From assembly GCA_963665125.2 (NCBI GenBank), contig CAXXUK010000001.1:2784001-2848000 (forward strand): a stretch of 64,000 bases of DNA, written 5' to 3'. Shown piece after piece: positions 58,251-64,000 of the stretch. The notes under the pieces were generated by a model. It saw nothing but the letters and a program-made list of their open reading frames with translations, was not told where the DNA came from and searched no databases. The translations under genes were made by a program, and so were the position numbers. Source of the stretch: an uncultured Desulfarculus sp. GTDB lineage: Bacteria > Desulfobacterota > Desulfarculia > Desulfarculales > Desulfarculaceae. Position 1 is the first letter of the stretch; every line of letters starts with the position of its first letter.

Positions 58251-60236
58251 ATGTTTAAAAATCTTACGCTTACGACCAGGATTATCGGAGGATTCGGAAT
58301 CCTGATCATTATCATGCTGGTACTGTCGGCAACCGGTTTCTTCGCCATAAAAAGCTCAGGCGACATCCTTTCCCGTACGGCGGCCATGATCAACGTCATG
58401 ACCGGTTCTTCCCAGATCGAACTACAACAGAACCGTTATGAAAAATCCCCCGACCCGGACTTTTTCAACAAGGCCGACGCCGCCTATAAAAAGGGCCTGG
58501 CAGAGTTGGGCAAACTTGAGAAGACCTTTAACGACAAAGAGCACATTCAAAAAGTCAAGCAGGCCGGTCAGGACCTGGCCAGTTCCCACAAAGCGTTTGT
58601 GGAATTCATAGAACTGGACAAAAAAAAGCGCGCCGAATTGAAGAACATGCTCTCCAGCGCCGAAAAGGCCGTTAATCTTTGCCAGACAGTTGTCGACGAG
58701 GAGAGCAAAGATCTGAAGGCCGCCAACGACAAGGCCAAGGCGGACATGGCCGACGCCATTCTGGGCCTGGACATCGAGCGCATGGAGCGCATCCAGAAGG
58801 AATCCACGGAAGTAGTCGATAAAAAATGGCAGGCGGCCCAAGCGGCCCAAGCGATGAGTTCCAACGTCAAGGACGCCAGAATCGAAGTTCTCTATTTTCT
58901 TGATCTCAAGAATAAAGAGGCCCAAAACAAGGTTGAAGCCAGGTTCAAAACAATTGACGGCCTGCTGGGACAGCTCAAGCCATTAATTGAAAATCCGGAA
59001 ACGCAAAAAGAAATCGCAAGCCTGGAAGAGGCCTTAACCAACTATAAGGGTTCGTTTTCCAAGCTTGCCACGGACGTCCTGGGGCAAGACAATCTCGCAA
59101 CACTCATTGCCGCGAACGGCCGCAAGGTGGAGGCCGAACTTTCGCCGCTCCAGGCCGAGTATACATTGGCTTTGTTCTCCACCATGACCGGCGCGGTGAC
59201 CACCATCGCCGTGGCCACCCTGGTTGGCCTTGTTATCGGTGTTTTGCTGGCCCTGTTCCTGACCCGCAGCATCACCAGGCCCGTACGTGACGCCGTGGCC
59301 GGCCTGACCGAAGGAGCCGAGCAGGTCACATCGGCCTCTCAGGAAGTCAGCCGGGCCAGCCAGCTTTTGGCCGAGGGTTCGTCCACCCAGGCATCAAGCC
59401 TGGAGGAAACCAGCGCCTCGATGGAGGAAATGGCCTCCATGACCCGCCAAAACGCCGATCACGCCCAGCAGACCAACCAGCTCATGAACGAAGCCAGCAC
59501 GCAATTGCAGTCGGCCAACGAGTCGGTAACAGCCTTGAAAAAGGCCATTGACAGCATCGACAAGGCCAGCGATGAAACGGTCAAGATCATCAAGACCATC
59601 GACGAAATCGCCTTCCAGACCAACCTGTTGGCCCTCAACGCCGCGGTTGAGGCCGCTCGCGCCGGCGAGGCCGGTGCGGGCTTTGCCGTTGTGGCCGACG
59701 AGGTCCGCAACCTGGCCATGCGCGCCGCCGAGGCCGCCAAGAACACCCAGGAACTCATCGAGGGCAACGTAACCAACATCAAGCAGGGCGCTTCCCTGAT
59801 GATCGACACGGAACAGGCCTTTGCCAAGGTCGCCGAGATAGCCCAAAAGGCAGGCGGATTGGTGGCCGAAGTCGCCGCCGCCAGCAGCGAGCAGGCCCAG
59901 GGCATCGATCAGGTCAACGCGGCCATGACCAATATGGACCGGGTCACCCAGCAGAACGCGGCCAGCGCCGAGGAATCGGCCGCCGCCTCCGAACAACTCT
60001 CGGCCCAGGCCCTGACCATGCAGGGAATTATCACGGAATTGGCTTCACTGGTGACCAAGCGGGGCAATGGCGCCGTTAGAGTGGCGGCCGCCCCGGCTCC
60101 GGCCTATATCCCACCCAAGGCCGAGCCCGCGGCAAAGAAGCAGCCGGCACGCTTGGCGCCGCCAGCCAAGAAGGAGCAATCGCCGGAGTCCGTTATTCCC
60201 CTGGATGACGACGACGGAGATTTCTCGGACTTTTAA
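58251..60236 (+). CDS. Methyl-accepting chemotaxis protein with helical periplasmic sensor
   Basis: TM-helical-[26 protein letters not shown]-terminal DFSDF. Confidence 0.95.
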   Translation: MFKNLTLTTRIIGGFGILIIIMLVLSATGFFAIKSSGDILSRTAAMINVMTGSSQIELQQNRYEKSPDPDFFNKADAAYKKGLAELGKLEKTFNDKEHIQKVKQAGQDLASSHKAFVEFIELDKKKRAELKNMLSSAEKAVNLCQTVVDEESKDLKAANDKAKADMADAILGLDIERMERIQKESTEVVDKKWQAAQAAQAMSSNVKDARIEVLYFLDLKNKEAQNKVEARFKTIDGLLGQLKPLIENPETQKEIASLEEALTNYKGSFSKLATDVLGQDNLATLIAANGRKVEAELSPLQAEYTLALFSTMTGAVTTIAVATLVGLVIGVLLALFLTRSITRPVRDAVAGLTEGAEQVTSASQEVSRASQLLAEGSSTQASSLEETSASMEEMASMTRQNADHAQQTNQLMNEASTQLQSANESVTALKKAIDSIDKASDETVKIIKTIDEIAFQTNLLALNAAVEAARAGEAGAGFAVVADEVRNLAMRAAEAAKNTQELIEGNVTNIKQGASLMIDTEQAFAKVAEIAQKAGGLVAEVAAASSEQAQGIDQVNAAMTNMDRVTQQNAASAEESAAASEQLSAQALTMQGIITELASLVTKRGNGAVRVAAAPAPAYIPPKAEPAAKKQPARLAPPAKKEQSPESVIPLDDDDGDFSDF

Positions 60237-60255
60237 TAGATTAGCCGGTACTATC

Positions 60256-60293
60256 AAAGGCGGTCCGGGCTGTACGGCCCGGACTGCCTTTTT
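60256..60293. terminator. Likely bidirectional intrinsic terminator
   Basis: AAAGGCGGTCCGGGC-loop-GCCCGGACTGCCTTTTT between convergent genes. Confidence 0.8.
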
Positions 60294-60297
60294 CGTT

Positions 60298-61989
60298 TCA
60301 GGCAAAGCGCTGGGAGGGGTCTTTGCCCACCTTTTTCCACTCGATGTCGCGCAGTTCCCGGCGCAGGATCTTGCCAACCGCGCTCTTGGGCAAGCCGTCC
60401 ATGAACTCGTAGACCTTGGGAACCTTGTACGAGGTCAACCGCTCCCGGCACCAGGCGTCCAGCTCCTTGTCGCCGGCGCTGGCCCCGTCCTTGAACACCA
60501 CGAAGGCCTTGACTGTCTCGCCGCGGTATTCATCGGGCACGCCAACGGCGCACGCCTCCAGCACGGCCGGATGATCGTAGAGCACTTCCTCGATGTCACG
60601 GGGGTAGATGTTGAATCCGCCTGCCACGATCATGTCCTTGGTGCGGTCGACGATGTATAGGAAGCCTTCCTCGTCCATCTTGCCCACGTCGCCGGTGAAG
60701 AACCAGCCGTCTCTGATGGATGCCGCCGTCTCTTCGGGCTGATTGTAATAACCGTCGCACATCTGGGGCCCCCTGAAGGCGATCTGGCCAGGTTCGCCCA
60801 CCGCCACCGGCGATACGTCGTCTTCGATGCTCACCAGCCTGAGGTCCGTGTTGGGCAGGGGCACGCCAACGCTGCCCGGCTTGAGCGTTCCCCGCCACGG
60901 CGTCGATGTGACCAGGGCGCAGGACTCGGTCATGCCGTAGACCTCGATGATGTCGCCGCCGGTGGCCGCCTTGAGCTTGTTGATGGTGTCGATGGCCAGC
61001 GGCGCGGCCCCGGAGAAAAAGCCCTGGATGAACGACAGGTCGGCCTTGTGAAACTCGGGCAGGGCCATGACGCCGACGTACATTGTCGGCACGGCCGGGA
61101 AGAAGTCGGGCTTGTATTTGAGCACCATGTCCAGCACGGGCTTGGGCTCCGGTTTGGGCACCAAGGCCATGCTGCGGCCCATGTTCACGGCGATGTTCAT
61201 CACCCCCGTGAATCCGGCTATGTGGAAGATGGGAAACACGCCCAAGGTCCGGCCTTTTGAATCAATGGTGCCGTAGAACCACGCATTCATGATCTGGGCG
61301 ATGGCGGTGGCATTGCCGTGGGTGGTGCGCACTCCCTTGGCCCGGCCCGTGGTGCCGCCGGTAAAGGGAATCAGGGCCAGATCGTCCATCAAAGGCGGCG
61401 GCCCGCTGAACTCGCCAGGCGCGTCCTTGATGACCGTAGTGAATTCATGATAATCCCTGGCCTTTTCAAAGCGCCGGTAGAGTTCTTTTTTAACAAAGGG
61501 AAACAGCTGCTTGAGGGGGAAAGGCAGGTAGTCGCTCAAGTGGCAGCAGATTACCGGACCAAAGCCGAGTTGGTCGCGCAGGGCCAGGATGCGCGGGCAC
61601 AACAGGTCGAAGCTGATGGCCGCGCAGACTCCGGCGTGCTCGAACTGATACTTAAGTTCGGCGTCGGTGTACAACGGATTGCAGGGCACCGGAATGGCCC
61701 GCAGCCGCCACAGGGCGAACATGGAGATAACCACCTGGGGCGTGTTGGGCAACAGCACGGCCACCCGATCGCCGCTTTTGACGCCGAGGTTGGCCAGCCC
61801 GGCGGCAAAACGATTGACCAGCCGGTTGAGCTGATCATAGTTGATGGTCTTGCCCATGAACATCAGGGCTTCGTTGCCGGGCATATCCCGGACCGTGCGG
61901 TCCAGGATTTCGGGCATGGTCACCGGCTTGATGTCAATCTCCGGCGGCACCTCGGGCCGATAGTGGCTATGCCAAACACGCTGGTCCAT
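60298..61989 (-). CDS. fadD: Long-chain fatty-acid--CoA ligase
   Basis: FTGGTTGRAKG, YGMTE, TGD, DRTKDMI, PKSAVGKILRR. Confidence 0.88.
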   Translation of the reverse strand: MDQRVWHSHYRPEVPPEIDIKPVTMPEILDRTVRDMPGNEALMFMGKTINYDQLNRLVNRFAAGLANLGVKSGDRVAVLLPNTPQVVISMFALWRLRAIPVPCNPLYTDAELKYQFEHAGVCAAISFDLLCPRILALRDQLGFGPVICCHLSDYLPFPLKQLFPFVKKELYRRFEKARDYHEFTTVIKDAPGEFSGPPPLMDDLALIPFTGGTTGRAKGVRTTHGNATAIAQIMNAWFYGTIDSKGRTLGVFPIFHIAGFTGVMNIAVNMGRSMALVPKPEPKPVLDMVLKYKPDFFPAVPTMYVGVMALPEFHKADLSFIQGFFSGAAPLAIDTINKLKAATGGDIIEVYGMTESCALVTSTPWRGTLKPGSVGVPLPNTDLRLVSIEDDVSPVAVGEPGQIAFRGPQMCDGYYNQPEETAASIRDGWFFTGDVGKMDEEGFLYIVDRTKDMIVAGGFNIYPRDIEEVLYDHPAVLEACAVGVPDEYRGETVKAFVVFKDGASAGDKELDAWCRERLTSYKVPKVYEFMDGLPKSAVGKILRRELRDIEWKKVGKDPSQRFA

Positions 61990-62046
61990 CAATTCTCCTC
62001 CAGGATTTGAATCATGGGCCGCCAGAGATGCTTCACGCCGGATGTG

Positions 62047-63183
62047 TTAAAAGCCCTCCATTTTAGCGATTATCTCGCTCATAACCTCGTCCGCCCCTCC
62101 GCCGATGCTCAGGATGCGGCTGTCGCGGAAGTTGCGGGATATCAGCGTCTCGTTGATAAAGCCCATGCCGCCGTGCATCTGCACGCACCCGTCGGCCACC
62201 TCGCGCACCAGGCGCCCGGCCATGAGCTTGCCCATGGAGACCTCTTTGGTGGGGTCCAGCCCCTGTTCTTTCATGCGCACGATGTGGTAGGTCAGATGCC
62301 TCAGGGCTTCGACCTCGGTGAGCCAGTCCACCATGCGGTGGCGAAGGACCTGTTTGGTTACCAGTGGCTTGCCGAAAACAATACGCTGGCGCAGGTGCTC
62401 CAGGGTCCGGCTGATCATGTCTTTGCAAAACACCACCGAGCTGGGCAGGGTGCAGAAGCGCTCGTGCTGGAACTGCTTCATCTGGTAGATGAAGCCCTCG
62501 TTTTCTTGTCCGATGAGGTTTTCCCGGGGTATGGCCAGATCATCGAAATACAACAGCGCCGTGTCGCTGGAGCGCAGGCCCACCTTGTCAAGTTCCTTGC
62601 CCACGCTGAAGCCGGGCAGATCGGTGGGCACCACGAACAGGCTGAAGCCGTGATAACCGGGCTCGGGCGATGTACGGGCCAATAGGGTCAGATAATCGGC
62701 CTGGATGCCGTTGGTGATGTACATCTTCGAGCCGTTGATGATGTATTTGTCGCCGTCCAGCCGGGCCGTTGTCTTCAGGGCGGCCACGTCGGAGCCGGCC
62801 TCGGGCTCGGTTACGGCTATGGCCGTGACCATGTCCCCGGCAATGGCGGGCTTCAGGTATTTTTCCTTTAGGTAATCGCTGCCGAATTCATGGATGGCCG
62901 GAGTGGCCATGTGGGTCTGCACGCAAATGGCCGTGGCCACGCCCATGCCGTTGATGTGCCCCAATTCCTCGAGAAAGACGGTCTCGAACCAATAATCAAG
63001 GCCCATGCCGCCATGTTTTTCATCGTAGCGGATGCCCAGCAGGCCCAGGTCGCCCATTTTCTTGAACAACTCATGTAGCGGAGCGGTTGTCTGCTCCCAT
63101 TGGTCCATGTATGGGTTGATCTCGGTATCGACGAATTTGCGCACCGTACGCCGCAGTGCCTCATGATCCTCATTGAAATACAA
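62047..63183 (-). CDS. Acyl-CoA dehydrogenase
   Basis: AVTEPEAGSD, NGSKMYITNG, KVGLRSSDT, QMHGGMG, IGGGADE; TTG start inferred from GGAGG. Confidence 0.93.
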   Translation of the reverse strand: MYFNEDHEALRRTVRKFVDTEINPYMDQWEQTTAPLHELFKKMGDLGLLGIRYDEKHGGMGLDYWFETVFLEELGHINGMGVATAICVQTHMATPAIHEFGSDYLKEKYLKPAIAGDMVTAIAVTEPEAGSDVAALKTTARLDGDKYIINGSKMYITNGIQADYLTLLARTSPEPGYHGFSLFVVPTDLPGFSVGKELDKVGLRSSDTALLYFDDLAIPRENLIGQENEGFIYQMKQFQHERFCTLPSSVVFCKDMISRTLEHLRQRIVFGKPLVTKQVLRHRMVDWLTEVEALRHLTYHIVRMKEQGLDPTKEVSMGKLMAGRLVREVADGCVQMHGGMGFINETLISRNFRDSRILSIGGGADEVMSEIIAKMEGF

Positions 63184-63430
63184 CTTCAGCCTCCCCCTCA
63201 CAACAGCACAACCTGCTTTTACATCTTGCTTTATCGACTGACTTAATTGCAATTATTTACTAGTGTTTAATTGCTTTTTGCAGCTTTCTAAACAACGTCC
63301 ATGTTTATGATTATCGTTTACGTCAAAGTTAAAGTAGCAAACCAACTCAACCGCCGTCAACCGTGAACATGAAAACGGTTTCAGCAAATAGAATAATCCT
63401 AAAATGTCAATCAAATTCAGCACAAACGAC

Positions 63431-63450
63431 AAAAGGCGGCCCGGATTACA
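63431..63450 (-). terminator. Putative terminator downstream of the HdeD-family gene
   Basis: GGCGGCC arms (partner arm extends to about 63459) with TTTTG tail on the minus strand. Confidence 0.5.
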
Positions 63451-63483
63451 CCAGGCCGCCCGTGATGGTTTGTTTACTTTAGA

Positions 63484-64000
63484 CTATTTACTATTACGCG
63501 CCGCGGAAGCGATCATGATCATGGACCAGCCGTTGAAGATCAGGCTGATGCCCACCATTACACCCAAGACCCAGGCCGCCGTGCTGGGCCATTCGCCCAG
63601 GATCATCAGGCCCAGGAGTATGCTGATGCCGGCGCTGAACAGCACCCAGGTCCAACCCTTGTGGGCGCGCATACGAAAGGCCATCACCGCCCGGACTCCG
63701 CCGTCGGCCAGAAGCGCACAGGCCAAAAGCAAGGTCAGGCTCAAGGCCGAAAAAATGGGATGGGCCAAGACCATGGCCCCGGCCAGGCAGTAAACCACGC
63801 CCACCAGGGCGCTCCAAAAAACGTCTTTCCAGCCCTTGGACTTGAATGCGTGGATAAATTGCGCCGCTCCGGCGACGATGAAAACCCAGCCCAATACCAA
63901 GGTGATGGCCAGGGTAAACGGTGCGGGAACAGCCACGGCCACCGTGCCCACCAGGACCAGCGCAATGCCCAGGCCCATGAACCAACGCCAATTTTCCTTG
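63484..64000 (-). CDS. HdeD/DUF308-family membrane protein (5' truncated by window edge)
   Basis: Frame stays open to the edge (KENWRWFMGLG...); six TMs, WP..A.WVLG..VGI.LIF.G pattern. Confidence 0.88.
   Translation of the reverse strand, partial: KENWRWFMGLGIALVLVGTVAVAVPAPFTLAITLVLGWVFIVAGAAQFIHAFKSKGWKDVFWSALVGVVYCLAGAMVLAHPIFSALSLTLLLACALLADGGVRAVMAFRMRAHKGWTWVLFSAGISILLGLMILGEWPSTAAWVLGVMVGISLIFNGWSMIMIASAARNSK

Overview
GC-rich bacterial chromosomal segment. Gene content (split F0-only atp cluster followed by rex, hyp genes, rubredoxin, several MCPs and HD-GYP proteins, acyl-CoA enzymes) points to an anaerobic Desulfobacterota (deltaproteobacterium); this taxonomy is inference. Most of the window is housekeeping: GDP-mannose/undecaprenyl-P genes, an HU/IHF protein, SRP RNA, hisC-cmk-rpsA-sppA, prpE, three chemoreceptors, polA, atpZIBE-rex, uvrA, pdxA, hypABFDE, PBP1A, a DinG/YoaA helicase, fadD and an acyl-CoA dehydrogenase. 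Three accessory elements stand out. (1) An intact-looking 6-gene phage tail-tip/fibre module (39287-45285) has no capsid, terminase, integrase, tube or lysis genes. Its two fibres share a 56-aa adapter joined to unrelated, AT-richer tip domains, so it is a candidate domesticated tail-like or GTA-like system. (2) An AT-rich stand-alone SIR2-like gene sits inside the ykgJ-polA transcription unit. (3) A ~150-bp MITE-like element has 15-bp terminal inverted repeats. No CRISPR array, tRNA or rRNA was recognised. All family calls come from motif recognition by eye, not database searches.
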